DNA of 49,599 nt from an uncultured Saprospiraceae bacterium (GTDB lineage: Bacteria; Bacteroidota; Bacteroidia; Chitinophagales; Saprospiraceae), in NCBI GenBank assembly GCA_937139495.1, contig CAKZQC010000009.1, forward strand, positions 1-49,599, given 5' to 3'. The notes beneath the pieces are model-generated. The model worked only from the letters and a program-made list of their open reading frames with translations, did not search any database and had not been told where the DNA came from. Numbering within the stretch: the first letter of the stretch is position 1; each line of letters opens with the position of its first letter. Position numbers and translations under genes: made by a program. This document shows, in pieces, positions 8,947 through 18,952 of this stretch.

Positions 8947-10545
8947 TTACGATTCTTCGGATAGTATCAAGAAACGCTTATCCAATACATCAAGATGTTG
9001 TATTAAGCTATCTACAAAATCGTCACCATAGCGAACGTAGTACGCCAAAAAATTGTCATAACGTTCTTGTAGCCCATTGCTTGGAAATAGTTTTTCTTTG
9101 ATGTTTTTGATGGCGTTAAGAGCCGTTTCGTGATTGTTTTTTTCTGCACGGACAAGCTTTTTTTCTATTTTATCAATACTGTTGATAATCTGAGCTTGTG
9201 TACCCAATACCGCTTTTTCGAGCGTTGGGTCTATCTTGATAGCGTGCTTCAATAGGTCTTCCAAAATACGATTGAGCTGCTCTTTTTGAGTTGTCAAGGA
9301 GAGTTCATGTTCTGTATTTTCGAGCGTATATTGCTTTAGCAATCTATCGGTATCTTCAAATATTTGAGCAATCGTTAAGCCTGCTTTTGCTACTTTTTGA
9401 GTCATGCCTTTGTCTATCCAGAGTACCGAACAGCGTCGGAGAAGCATGGGGTAGGGAACGCCAAAATGTTGAAATTGGGTTTTGCGCTCCAACCAATATG
9501 CCAATTCTCCACCACCACCAATGTACGCCAAATTGGGCAGTATCGTCTCTTGATAGAGTGGTCGCAAAATGACATTGGGACTAAATTTTTGAGGGTTTTT
9601 GTCTAGCTCTTGCAGTATTTCTTCTTCCGAAAATACCAATTCGGTATCCAATACTTGGTACTGCTTGCCTTGCTGCACAATACGGCTACGTTTGTTAGCC
9701 GTCAGGTAAAAAAGGTTGATTTCTCTAGCGTACGCTTGATTGCTAAATCCTGCTTGAGTTAGTTGTTCGGCTGTTTTTTCCAATATTTCCTTGGAAGGCT
9801 GGTGTAGTAGTTCTTCCTTGAATATAGCTTTCATTTGCGACTTGAAAACAGCTGCTTGAGCATTGCAAATAACTAAACCATGCTTGCCAAATATCCAGTT
9901 GACAAACTGCGTATGTGCCTCGCCATAGTTGGCACTGGTGGTGTAGATTTCGGTGAGCTTTTCGCTCAATTTAGCTGCTCTAGGGCTATTGCCTAATATT
10001 TCTTTGGTTTGTGCCAATACTTGGTCAAAACCTTGTAGCTGATAAGCCCCAACAGAACCACCTTGATGCTCGTCCCAGCTGATTTTGTTGCCAAACAAAT
10101 TGAAATGATTAACCTCTTCAAAATCATGGTCTTCGCCACCTGTCCAGAAGATCGGCACAAAATCAAAAGTAGGATAAGTAGCTTTTAGTTTTTTGGCTAA
10201 ATTGATGGTAGAAACAATCTTATATATACTATACAAAGGACCTGTAAACAGGTTGGGCTGGTGTGCCGTCGTGACCGTATAAGTGTCCGTTTTTTGTAGC
10301 CGTTTTATATTATCGAGCGTAGCGGAAGATGTTTCGATAGATTGATATTGCTGCTCCAGAGCAGCTACCAAAATAGCTCTTTTTTGTGGGTCAAAATCTT
10401 GCTTGGTAGCGATGACTTGTTCAAATTGTTCGACCTGAGTCGAATACTCAAAGAACGGTTGTAGGGCAGCTACTTGTTGTTGATACGCAAGATCAATGGA
10501 AGAGAGTTGTGGAATTTGATCAAAATCCAGTGCAGTAAGCTTCAT
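8947..10545 (-). CDS. bshC: Bacillithiol biosynthesis cysteine-adding enzyme BshC
   Basis: About 530 aa. Contains the AYIGGGGELAYWLE motif, which is the YxGGGxEx-AYW hallmark of BshC. Lies in the same window as bshB1. Confidence 0.7.
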   Translation of the reverse strand: MKLTALDFDQIPQLSSIDLAYQQQVAALQPFFEYSTQVEQFEQVIATKQDFDPQKRAILVAALEQQYQSIETSSATLDNIKRLQKTDTYTVTTAHQPNLFTGPLYSIYKIVSTINLAKKLKATYPTFDFVPIFWTGGEDHDFEEVNHFNLFGNKISWDEHQGGSVGAYQLQGFDQVLAQTKEILGNSPRAAKLSEKLTEIYTTSANYGEAHTQFVNWIFGKHGLVICNAQAAVFKSQMKAIFKEELLHQPSKEILEKTAEQLTQAGFSNQAYAREINLFYLTANKRSRIVQQGKQYQVLDTELVFSEEEILQELDKNPQKFSPNVILRPLYQETILPNLAYIGGGGELAYWLERKTQFQHFGVPYPMLLRRCSVLWIDKGMTQKVAKAGLTIAQIFEDTDRLLKQYTLENTEHELSLTTQKEQLNRILEDLLKHAIKIDPTLEKAVLGTQAQIINSIDKIEKKLVRAEKNNHETALNAIKNIKEKLFPSNGLQERYDNFLAYYVRYGDDFVDSLIQHLDVLDKRFLILSEES

Positions 10546-10566
10546 GTGTTGATGGTATAAGAAGGT

Positions 10567-10917
10567 CTATTTTTTGAGCAAAAATGTAAATAAGGCAATC
10601 AATATAATTAGTCCCAAACTGACAAGGAGACCACGTTTGATGAGCCGACCAAAAAGTTCGTCTGAAGTTTTCTGAAACTTATCGCTGTTTACTTCACTTT
10701 TTATCGCTGTTTTTCGTTTCATTTCTGCCAGTTCTTGTTGGCTGTGCAGTATTCCTTTATCTGTAAGCACACTTTTGGCTAGTACTACTTCGTGCGGTTT
10801 ATAATCCTCTGGAAATAGAATAATATTGAGTGCTTCTTGAACGGTATGTTCTTGTTTGAAACGGTTTTTTTCGGCTTCGTGGTTATTTTCTGGATTGTCA
10901 GGCATAGGGCTTATCAT
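10567..10917 (-). CDS. Hypothetical protein with C-terminal transmembrane anchor
   Basis: ORF with a C-terminal hydrophobic helix LLVSLGLIILIALFTFLL. Its end overlaps the upstream small ORF by 4 nt, consistent with translational coupling in the bshC operon. Confidence 0.4.
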   Translation of the reverse strand: MISPMPDNPENNHEAEKNRFKQEHTVQEALNIILFPEDYKPHEVVLAKSVLTDKGILHSQQELAEMKRKTAIKSEVNSDKFQKTSDELFGRLIKRGLLVSLGLIILIALFTFLLKK

Positions 10918-11099
10918 TTATCAGATTCTTTTTTAGAAAGTTTTTCAATCTCTGTCCAGAGTGCTTCTGCTTCGCCCAATTTGCGAACACTAGCTTCTCT
11001 GTCAGTATGCGAAAGCTTGTACGATTCTTCTTGAAGAGCTTCATATTGAGCCTTCATTTTATCCAATTTTGTTTTTTTCTTTCCAAATAATCCGAACAT
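10914..11099 (-). CDS. Small hypothetical coiled-coil protein (61 aa)
   Basis: Short ORF that is tightly packed, with a 6-nt gap to the upstream gene and a 4-nt overlap with the downstream gene. Charged helical sequence. Confidence 0.35.
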   Translation of the reverse strand: MFGLFGKKKTKLDKMKAQYEALQEESYKLSHTDREASVRKLGEAEALWTEIEKLSKKESDK

Positions 11100-11105
11100 G
11101 ATTTA

Positions 11106-11645
11106 TCAAATTTTGTAACACTGTTGCAATATTGCAGCGAGTTTTTCTGCACCCATTTTAGTAGTCAATGCGATGTTTTTTGCTGGAATTTCTTCTGGCG
11201 AAGCATAATGTTCCAATGCCTGCTCGACGCTGTCCTCTCTCAATAGGTGCAAAATAGGATAGGGCGCTTTGTTGGTATAGTTGGACGCATCGCTAGGCAG
11301 ACTACCCTCAAAACAATAATCAGGGTGAAAGGTTGCAATTTGATAAACGCCCTCGTAGTTCATTTTGATTAGTAAATCTTCTGCCAAATAAGCGAGATCC
11401 AAAAAAGATTCAAAATCTACTAAATCGGGCAAAAGTATCAAGGTGGTGGCAATGTTAGGTTGAGTGTCTAGTTCCTGAAAGGAAGCTATCAAATCTTTGA
11501 ATAATTCCTCGGCATTACTCACGTGATAGGCGACGCTTTTTTGCACGACTACTCGACGAGCGAAGGGACAAAAATTGAGGTCAATAACCATATTTTGTAG
11601 CCAGTTTTGGACTTGCTGTATTTTTTGTGGATTGCTGTAGTTCAT
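11106..11645 (-). CDS. DUF1415-like conserved hypothetical protein
   Basis: N-terminal LNFCPFARR motif as remembered for the DUF1415 family. About 180 aa. Second gene of the minus-strand operon ending in bshC. Confidence 0.45.
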   Translation of the reverse strand: MNYSNPQKIQQVQNWLQNMVIDLNFCPFARRVVVQKSVAYHVSNAEELFKDLIASFQELDTQPNIATTLILLPDLVDFESFLDLAYLAEDLLIKMNYEGVYQIATFHPDYCFEGSLPSDASNYTNKAPYPILHLLREDSVEQALEHYASPEEIPAKNIALTTKMGAEKLAAILQQCYKI

Positions 11646-11655
11646 GGTGTTACAT

Positions 11656-12033
11656 TCAATGTTTTTGATTCAGTAATTTTAATAAAAAAGCTATCATAAC
11701 CAATCCAGAAACTTCCAATCCGATAGCCAATAATATTACGATATCAAAACCATCTAATAGCAAGCTAATAACACGACTAAACAAAATGCAGCCCATTAGT
11801 ACAGCAGTAGGGTAGAGCCATTGTTTGCCTTGGCGGAAATACAACAATAGGCAAATAGCAAGGCACAGAAAAGCACCACCTACATCGCTTTTGACAGTAT
11901 TGATGCCTCTGCTCGAACTGGCTTGTACCTCAAATACGTCAAATGCAATGGTATCGAAGAAGAGCCAAAAAGCCCACATGGCAGTCATGAGCAAGAGCAT
12001 CATGAAGAGCGAAAAATCTAGTAGTTTTTTCAT
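11656..12033 (-). CDS. Small integral membrane protein
   Basis: Four predicted hydrophobic helices. First gene of the operon, 10 nt upstream of the next CDS. Confidence 0.5.
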   Translation of the reverse strand: MKKLLDFSLFMMLLLMTAMWAFWLFFDTIAFDVFEVQASSSRGINTVKSDVGGAFLCLAICLLLYFRQGKQWLYPTAVLMGCILFSRVISLLLDGFDIVILLAIGLEVSGLVMIAFLLKLLNQKH

Positions 12034-12238
12034 AAAAAAAATTGAAGTAATCTAAATTAGTCGGTGAAAATACAAAAAAATAAGCGTCATCTCACAGAGT
12101 GAGATAGACGCTTATCCTAATAAACTAAAAAAAAGAAACTTCAAACTAAATTAGACAAGAGTCTTGGTTTCTATCTTAAAATTTTTTCAGCTATTATTCT
12201 CTATACAACAGGAAGAATAGCTATTTATTTTGTTTACA

Positions 12239-12766
12239 TTATACGGTTGCCGCATGGTCATACTTGAAGAGTAGTATGGCAAAACTAGTAATCATTGCCA
12301 TTACAAATACTTCCATAAACAACATCATGCCTGATACAAAAGGTATCATCAGATTGCTAGTAGCGGTGTGTAGCTCAGTCATGTTTCCTGTAATCGTGGC
12401 AAAGTTGATTCCTTCAAATGGAATTGTAACGGCATAAGCAACGACCATTATCAATGCAGCTGTACCAGCAGCTACGGCAGCATAAGAAATTCCTTTTTGA
12501 AAGAAGCGTTTAGCAAATTTTGTATTTTCCTTCAGCTTCTGAATCCCTATCCAGAACGGGATTGCCAATACTAGATATTTTAGGAATTTTAAGCCAATAA
12601 AATCAGGACCGGAAACGAGTTCCAGTACTAATAAAAAAGCAATCATTCCGATACTTGCCATCAAGCCTGTACTCATGGCATTACTATAGTTTACGGGGGT
12701 AGTTCTTTCTATTATGGTCTCGTTTTTCATCTGTTTATTTTTAGTGTTCTTCAATCTCAAATACAC
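12239..12766 (-). CDS. Integral membrane protein of unknown function
   Basis: Multiple hydrophobic helices. Confidence 0.5.
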   Translation of the reverse strand: MYLRLKNTKNKQMKNETIIERTTPVNYSNAMSTGLMASIGMIAFLLVLELVSGPDFIGLKFLKYLVLAIPFWIGIQKLKENTKFAKRFFQKGISYAAVAAGTAALIMVVAYAVTIPFEGINFATITGNMTELHTATSNLMIPFVSGMMLFMEVFVMAMITSFAILLFKYDHAATV

Positions 12767-12826
12767 TAATACAACGCATATAAGTTACTTTTGTTTAAAG
12801 ATTCTATGAAAAGATTCTACAATTAA

Positions 12827-12835
12827 GGGGGGGGG
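12827..12835. repeat. G9 homopolymer in AT-rich intergenic region (candidate slipped-strand/phase-variation tract)
   Basis: aattaaggggggggggtaagc, about 60 nt upstream (on the minus strand) of the start of the 12239-12766 membrane protein gene. Confidence 0.6.
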
Positions 12836-13085
12836 TAAGCATTTTGGGACTACTAAATTGTCCAGAGGCAAGGCTCTAATTAATAATAGGAATCAATGAT
12901 TTAGTGAGTGGGGGATAGAAACCGAATTATGATTTATTAGTGATGAAGTAGTGTTGTTTTGGAGGATTGGAATACTAAGTTTTTTTGTAGAGATAGGCGT
13001 AGTACTTGAACAAAAAAAAAGCATCTAATAACAATTGTTATTAGATGCTTTTGGTAGCGTTAACGCTAAAAATCAATGCTATCTT

Positions 13086-13442
13086 CTAGATAGAGTGAAT
13101 TTCTGCATTGATATTGTAATCATCTACAATCTTCTGCGTAAACATTTTGTGTCCTTTGGGAGCTAATAAATGAAAATGACCTTTTTTGACAGTTGCCATT
13201 GTGCTAAACAATCTCCATCTTGTTACCAACTTACGTACGTCGGGTTCTTTCATAGCAATATCGGAATAATGCACCGAGCCGTCTTTGGTAGTGAAAGACA
13301 AATCAGGTTGAATTGTTTCTTCTGTAGATTGATTCTTGAATCCAGCAGGTGTGTCGTACCCTTCAATCGTAGCCTTTACAGGAGTAGTTGACTTTTTTTC
13401 TGCCCAAACAATAGCCTTCTCGATAAAAGTATTCTTTTTCAT
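13086..13442 (-). CDS. Hypothetical protein
   Basis: ORF only. No recognisable motif. Confidence 0.4.
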   Translation of the reverse strand: MKKNTFIEKAIVWAEKKSTTPVKATIEGYDTPAGFKNQSTEETIQPDLSFTTKDGSVHYSDIAMKEPDVRKLVTRWRLFSTMATVKKGHFHLLAPKGHKMFTQKIVDDYNINAEIHSI

Positions 13443-13499
13443 AAAATTAGTTATATATTTTAATATAATAGTTCGTGTTGTTTTTTAGTTATAGTAGTA

Positions 13500-14033
13500 C
13501 TACTTTTTGGCTTTGAACGACCAAGTAAATTCAAATCTAGAAACCTCCTGTATGGTTCCATCTTTGGCTACTTGTGTACCAATGGTCTGCATGACGACAC
13601 TTTGGCTTTCGCCTGTATCAATAGCACGCTGTACGGTCTCAATGACTTTCAGTCCATCTTGGCATCTAAAAGTCGCTTTTTGAGTCGCCTTTTTGCCATA
13701 GCTTCCGGTTACGTTCGTGACCAACATAGAGATACGTCCTCTGCCTTGCAGGGCTCGCATTGCCAACACGCCCGTTGACATTTCAGCGGCAGCTGCCTGA
13801 GCAGCAAAATAAGTAGATTTGAATGGATTTTGAGAACTCCAACGAAACGGAACAGTTACGCTTGCTTCCTCCTTTGCCATTGCTTGAATACGTATTCCCA
13901 TAAAAAAGGCACTGGGTAGCTTTGCCAACAAAAACAAGCGTTGCAATACAGGATTTAGTAACTTTTTACTAAATGCCGCTATCGCTGGATTACTATCATC
14001 ATAAGAAGATGTATCGGCTGCTTTGCTAGTCAT
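13500..14033 (-). CDS. Hotdog-fold thioesterase-like protein (DUF4442-like)
   Basis: Sequence AAQAAAAEMSTGVLAMRALQGRGRISMLVTNV is consistent with the hotdog/DUF4442 family. I placed the start at the internal Met (MTSK). The longer ORF reaching 14141 runs through an AT-rich promoter-like sequence. Confidence 0.45.
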   Translation of the reverse strand: MTSKAADTSSYDDSNPAIAAFSKKLLNPVLQRLFLLAKLPSAFFMGIRIQAMAKEEASVTVPFRWSSQNPFKSTYFAAQAAAAEMSTGVLAMRALQGRGRISMLVTNVTGSYGKKATQKATFRCQDGLKVIETVQRAIDTGESQSVVMQTIGTQVAKDGTIQEVSRFEFTWSFKAKK

Positions 14034-14403
14034 TCTACTAAGATATTGCTTTGTTTTGAGAAAAGAACCAAGGTTACAAATGTACGATAATCTGTCAATA
14101 TAAACGAATATATTTGGTAGGAATCTAGTTAATAAACCCACAAAATCTAAAAAAAAGCTAAGAGGCTATAAACTACAAAAGCTATAGAATGGTTGTGGAA
14201 ATAGTACTTTAAGTAGTGAACAGGTCAGAAATCTAGTCTGTAGATAGGTATATTTTTGACCTCCAAACCATACACCTGCAACTATTTTTGCGTTTAAAGA
14301 ATAAAACTAAATAGTTTGTAGTAAATTTGCAAACAGAACAAACTATTAGGCATATTCTTATTAGTCTGTTCTTCTTTCCTTAATAATTCGATATTACTTC
14401 CGT

Positions 14404-16371
14404 ATGATATTTTTCAAAGCTATCCAAAAAATTGCTTTTTTTACGTTGCCCTTGTTTATTATTCCAGTTGGTTTGCAAGCACAACAACTGCCTATTCGTA
14501 TAGTACCGCTTGGCAATAATCCTACGATTGTTCGACAGCTAGAGCAGTATCCCAACAATAGCAGAAACAATCAAGTTTGTCCAGTGGATACCCTTTCGCT
14601 GCCTTTCTTCGATGATTTTGCCAACAACAATTCTATTTATCCCAATTGTGCCAAATGGCAAGACAATCATGTATTTGTCAATCAAGATATGGCAAACAAT
14701 CCGCCTTCTATTGGCGTAGCCACATTTGATGGATTGCGCCCCGACGGTATGCCCTATGACCCAACGGCTGGCGTCTCGTTGGGTTTACCAGCGGATACAT
14801 TGACTTCGCAAGCCATTGATTTGAGTGGTGTTGGAGTAGGCGATGATTTGTTTTTGAGTTTTTATTTGCAAGCACAAGGATTGGGCGACCGCCCCCAGGT
14901 ACAAGATTCTTTCTTTATAGAGCTAAAAGATAGTGCTGATAACTGGATTACGATACTAGAGTTTGGCGGAGTAGATAACAGTGTTTCGACGTTAACAATT
15001 CCTGATTTTGAGCAGTACTTTTTAGCTATTGACGAAACTCGATTTTTATACGATGGTTTTCAATTCCGATTTAGAAACTATGCTGCCATTTCTGGCAATA
15101 ATGACCATTGGCATTTAGATTATGTGTATTTAGAAAAAAATCGTAATAATGCCAATCCTACCCAAGTTAATTTTGGCAAATATCCTGATGTGGCGTACAC
15201 CAAACCACCTCGTTCGCCCCTTGGCAACGGCTATACGGCTATGCCATGGACGCACTTTGCAGCCAACCCAATGTATAGAGATAGTATCACGCTCAATAAT
15301 TTCAATCATAACCCTTGTAATACCGCAGGTACATTGGATAGACGCTACGAAGTGAGTGAACTTAGCCCCAATGCTACGCCTTTGTTGACGATGCCGATTG
15401 CGGCATTAGCCAATTATTCGTGTAGCCCCAATTCGGAAGATGAGCAAAGTTATAGTATATTGGGTACGTTTGCCCCTTTAGTGCCAACCGAAAAAACAAT
15501 TTTAGAATCGAAATATAGTATCTTGTTTCCAACTGATTTTCAGAGCGGAACGGATTTCGTCGGTAACGACACCACTACCACACAAACCGTATTGGACAAC
15601 TATTTTGCTTATGATGATGGCACGGCAGAGAGTCGTGTTTTGGCATTAGATATAGGAACACAAATAGCCGTAGAATTTACAGCAGAAGTAGATGATACGG
15701 TGCGAGGCGTTTATTTTCATTTGCCTTACTTTCGCAATAGAAATGCAGAAATCGATTTCGTAAATGTCAAAATTTGGCTCGATACTTTAAGTAATGAAGT
15801 CTTTAGCAATGATATTTATCGCTTGCGTTATTCCAATGGTTTCAATGGGTTTCACTTTGTGGAATTTGAAGATTTTACGGGACGCAAAATACCGATTCCA
15901 GTACAAGCAGGACAAAAATTTTATGTAGGTTGGCAACAATCTTCTCGCACAGAAGTGCCTGTTGGATTCGATAGGAGTAACGATGCACGAGACAAAACGT
16001 TTGTGAGTATTGGCTCTGCTTGGGTGAACAATGATATATCAGGAGCGATAATGATACGCCCACTGCTATCTGTAGACAGTAGCTTCACGCTAATACCAAT
16101 CGAAAAAATTGCAGAAGAATCAGCACTTACGACCTTGCAGATTTATCCAAATCCAACAACGAACCAAGTGTATTTGCAGCTAGACGAAGCAAGCCAAAAC
16201 AAGGCAGCAGATTACCAAATTCAACTGCACAATATGTTGGGACAGCAAATTTATCAAGGAGCTTTCTCAACTGAATTGTCTTTATTTGATTATACTAATG
16301 GTATTTATGTCCTTTCGTTGATTGATGCCGAAGGCAATTTGCTCACACAACAGAAAATTATAAAACACTAA
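14404..16371 (+). CDS. Secreted T9SS cargo protein with C-terminal Por/T9SS sorting domain
   Basis: N-terminal signal peptide. C-terminal ~80 aa (LQIYPNPTTNQVYLQL ... GIYVLSLIDAEGNLLTQQKII) matches the T9SS type-A CTD. Confidence 0.75.
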   Translation: MIFFKAIQKIAFFTLPLFIIPVGLQAQQLPIRIVPLGNNPTIVRQLEQYPNNSRNNQVCPVDTLSLPFFDDFANNNSIYPNCAKWQDNHVFVNQDMANNPPSIGVATFDGLRPDGMPYDPTAGVSLGLPADTLTSQAIDLSGVGVGDDLFLSFYLQAQGLGDRPQVQDSFFIELKDSADNWITILEFGGVDNSVSTLTIPDFEQYFLAIDETRFLYDGFQFRFRNYAAISGNNDHWHLDYVYLEKNRNNANPTQVNFGKYPDVAYTKPPRSPLGNGYTAMPWTHFAANPMYRDSITLNNFNHNPCNTAGTLDRRYEVSELSPNATPLLTMPIAALANYSCSPNSEDEQSYSILGTFAPLVPTEKTILESKYSILFPTDFQSGTDFVGNDTTTTQTVLDNYFAYDDGTAESRVLALDIGTQIAVEFTAEVDDTVRGVYFHLPYFRNRNAEIDFVNVKIWLDTLSNEVFSNDIYRLRYSNGFNGFHFVEFEDFTGRKIPIPVQAGQKFYVGWQQSSRTEVPVGFDRSNDARDKTFVSIGSAWVNNDISGAIMIRPLLSVDSSFTLIPIEKIAEESALTTLQIYPNPTTNQVYLQLDEASQNKAADYQIQLHNMLGQQIYQGAFSTELSLFDYTNGIYVLSLIDAEGNLLTQQKIIKH

Positions 16372-16379
16372 CATTCAAT

Positions 16380-17096
16380 ATGAAACTAGATATATTAGCA
16401 ATTGGAGTACACCCCGATGATGTAGAATTGTCTTGTGCAGGAACACTCCTACACCACGTCCAAATGGGGAAAAAGGTAGGCATACTTGACTTGACAGCAG
16501 GCGAACTCGGGACTCGTGGCAGTGCCGAAATAAGAATGAAAGAAGCAGAGGCGGCTTCGAGAATGATGGGTGCTGCTGTTCGTGTTAACTTAGGTATGGC
16601 AGATGGTTTTTTTGAGTACGACAAAGAAAATCTGCTCGAAATTATAGAGATTATTCGCCTTTTTCAGCCCGAAATTATACTGACAAATGCCATTAGTGAC
16701 CGTCACCCTGACCACGGCAGAGCTGCCAAGCTGACGGCTGATGCGTGTTTTTATAGTGGATTGATCAAGATAGAAACAAAATGGGAGGACGAAGTGCAAG
16801 CACCTTGGAGACCAAAAACTGTGTATCATTATGTACAGGATTATTATTTGGAGCCTGATTTTGTAGTAGATATTACGCCTTATGTCGAGAAGAAAATTGA
16901 CATTATTCAGTGTTACAAAACACAATTCTACGATCCAGATTCTAAAGAGAATAATACACCAATTTCTACTAAATCTTTCTTGGAATTAATAACAGGAAAA
17001 GCTCAATTGTTAGGCAGACCTGCGGGCTTCGAATACGCCGAAGCGTTTACCAAAACTAGAACAGTAGGGGTTAAGAACTTATTTGATTTGCATTAA
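16380..17096 (+). CDS. bshB1: Bacillithiol biosynthesis deacetylase BshB1 (LmbE/PIG-L family)
   Basis: N-terminus ILAIGVHPDDVELSCAGTLL and GELGTRG are characteristic of BshB1/LmbE. 238 aa. Confidence 0.8.
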   Translation: MKLDILAIGVHPDDVELSCAGTLLHHVQMGKKVGILDLTAGELGTRGSAEIRMKEAEAASRMMGAAVRVNLGMADGFFEYDKENLLEIIEIIRLFQPEIILTNAISDRHPDHGRAAKLTADACFYSGLIKIETKWEDEVQAPWRPKTVYHYVQDYYLEPDFVVDITPYVEKKIDIIQCYKTQFYDPDSKENNTPISTKSFLELITGKAQLLGRPAGFEYAEAFTKTRTVGVKNLFDLH

Positions 17097-17113
17097 TTTT
17101 TATAAACGAAAAC

Positions 17114-17518
17114 ATGACTTCAAAAGCTATTTATTTGGGTGAGTTGCGTGTAGAATCTACACATCTACAATCTGGACAGGTAATTCTTTCAGATGCACCA
17201 ACCGACAACAACGGCAAAGGACAAGCTTTTTCGCCAACCGACTTGGTGGCTACAGCTTTAGCCACTTGTTTGCTTACCATTATGGGGATTGTAGCCGCTC
17301 GCCATGAGTGGGATATTGCAGGCGCGACTGCTGCTATTACCAAGACCATGGCTTCCAACCCAAGACGAATTTCTAAAATAGAAATAGTCGTACATCTAGC
17401 TCAAAAAGACTTGACAGAAGGAAATAAGAAATTGCTCGAAAATGCAGCACTTACTTGTCCTGTTGGGCAGAGTCTGCACCCAGATTTGGAGCAAGATATT
17501 CGGTTTGTTTGGTCGTAG
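17114..17518 (+). CDS. OsmC/Ohr family peroxiredoxin-like protein
   Basis: 134 aa. Conserved Cys pair (ATCLLT and LTCPVGQ) with OsmC fold spacing. Confidence 0.75.
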   Translation: MTSKAIYLGELRVESTHLQSGQVILSDAPTDNNGKGQAFSPTDLVATALATCLLTIMGIVAARHEWDIAGATAAITKTMASNPRRISKIEIVVHLAQKDLTEGNKKLLENAALTCPVGQSLHPDLEQDIRFVWS

Positions 17519-17563
17519 GATAGGTATTTGGTTTGGTAAAATAAGAAAAAATAGAATAGAAAG

Positions 17564-18952
17564 ATGCAACGAATTATAATCAGGAATTTTTTGGGAATAA
17601 AAGAAGCAGACATTCGTATCAATAAGGTATTGGTTCTGATAGGCGAGCAAGCTAGTGGCAAAAGTACCTTAGCTAAGTTGATTTATTTCTTTCAGACCTT
17701 AAAAGATGATATTTTTGATGCCGTCTATACAAATGATACTGATAGCGATTTTGATGACGATTTTTTTTTAAAAATAGTAGCTAAAAAATTTTATGAATAT
17801 TTTGGTTTCCTTCATGGTTGGGATAGTTTTGATGTAGTGTATTATTATAGTTCTGGGAAAATAATGTGCTTAAACCATAATTCTAAGAAGGGAACTTTTA
17901 CCAAAGAAACAAATAAGGAATTTGATGACTTGCTTTATAAGACTTGCGATAACGCAATGAAAGAACTATCGGGGTTGTCCTCGTCAAAGAATAGTAAAAG
18001 TGCTTATCTTAATCAAGCACAACGATTCAAAACAGCACAAAAATTCACTAAAAAACTGAATCAAATATTTGAATCTAAACAGGAAGACTACCTATACACG
18101 ATAGCAGGAAGAAATGCTACAGTAGCCTATTCAGGTTTATTTGAAAAATATCTTTTTCACGCCCTCGAATCTGCTATGGAAGAAAGCAGAAAGCAAAATA
18201 CTCCTAGAAAAAAATCCCAAAATATTGAAGAAATATTGATGTTGGATTTTATCAAAAAAGTAGAAACTATCAAAAGTCGCCTACTAAAATCAGGTGGTTT
18301 GGAAGGGATACTCGCAGAATCGGATAATAAAGCAGTACTAGAAGTAGCTGTATCAAAGATAGAAAGCATACTGAAAGGAAAATACATCTATGACAATGGA
18401 GAGGAAAAAATAGTGCTGGATACGAAAAATGATAGGTACGTCGCTTTAAAAAATGCCTCCTCTGGACAGCAGGAAATAATACGAATATTGCAAGATTTAT
18501 TTTTGATTATTGCTGACAAGCAACCCGTGATGCGCATTATCGAAGAGCCAGAAGCCAACCTTTTTCCTGTGGCTCAAAAAGCAGTCATTGAGTTGATGGC
18601 ATTGATGGTATCGAGTGTCAAAGATTCGCAAATTATCCTGACTACTCATAGTCCTTATATCCTTTCTGTTCTCAATAATTTGCTTTTCGCAAAAAGAGTG
18701 GCTACCAAAAATCCCGCAACACGACTAGCGGTGAACGCTGTGATAGCAGAAAATCAATGGTTAGACGCCAATGAAGTGAGTGTTTACTCACTCGGTAATA
18801 GTTATGATAAGCAGGCGGATTACTGTCGAAATTTATTGAATCCAAAAACAGGAACAATTGACCAAAATTATCTAGATAGTGTATCTGGTATGTTAGGAGA
18901 AGAGTTTGATGAACTATTTGAAATTCATGCTAAATCCTACGTTAATGACTAA
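17564..18952 (+). CDS. OLD/ABC-type ATPase (AAA_15/AAA_21-like), defence-associated
   Basis: N-terminus IRNFLGIKEADIRINKVLVLIGEQASGKSTL contains the Walker A. ABC signature SSGQQE. Walker B/D-loop MRIIEEPEANLFP. H-loop ILTTHSPYIL. There is no TOPRIM or nuclease domain in this protein. Confidence 0.8.
   Translation: MQRIIIRNFLGIKEADIRINKVLVLIGEQASGKSTLAKLIYFFQTLKDDIFDAVYTNDTDSDFDDDFFLKIVAKKFYEYFGFLHGWDSFDVVYYYSSGKIMCLNHNSKKGTFTKETNKEFDDLLYKTCDNAMKELSGLSSSKNSKSAYLNQAQRFKTAQKFTKKLNQIFESKQEDYLYTIAGRNATVAYSGLFEKYLFHALESAMEESRKQNTPRKKSQNIEEILMLDFIKKVETIKSRLLKSGGLEGILAESDNKAVLEVAVSKIESILKGKYIYDNGEEKIVLDTKNDRYVALKNASSGQQEIIRILQDLFLIIADKQPVMRIIEEPEANLFPVAQKAVIELMALMVSSVKDSQIILTTHSPYILSVLNNLLFAKRVATKNPATRLAVNAVIAENQWLDANEVSVYSLGNSYDKQADYCRNLLNPKTGTIDQNYLDSVSGMLGEEFDELFEIHAKSYVND

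Noticed and set aside
10567-11099. Possible toxin-antitoxin pair formed by the overlapping 61-aa and 116-aa ORFs
   Set aside because: The larger protein has a C-terminal membrane anchor and neither protein has recognisable TA family motifs. They are more likely small accessory proteins of the bshC operon.
13500-14141. Longer (213-aa) version of the hotdog-fold gene
   Set aside because: The extra 36 codons are AT-rich and promoter-like. Family members are ~150-180 aa, so the internal Met was used. This remains uncertain.
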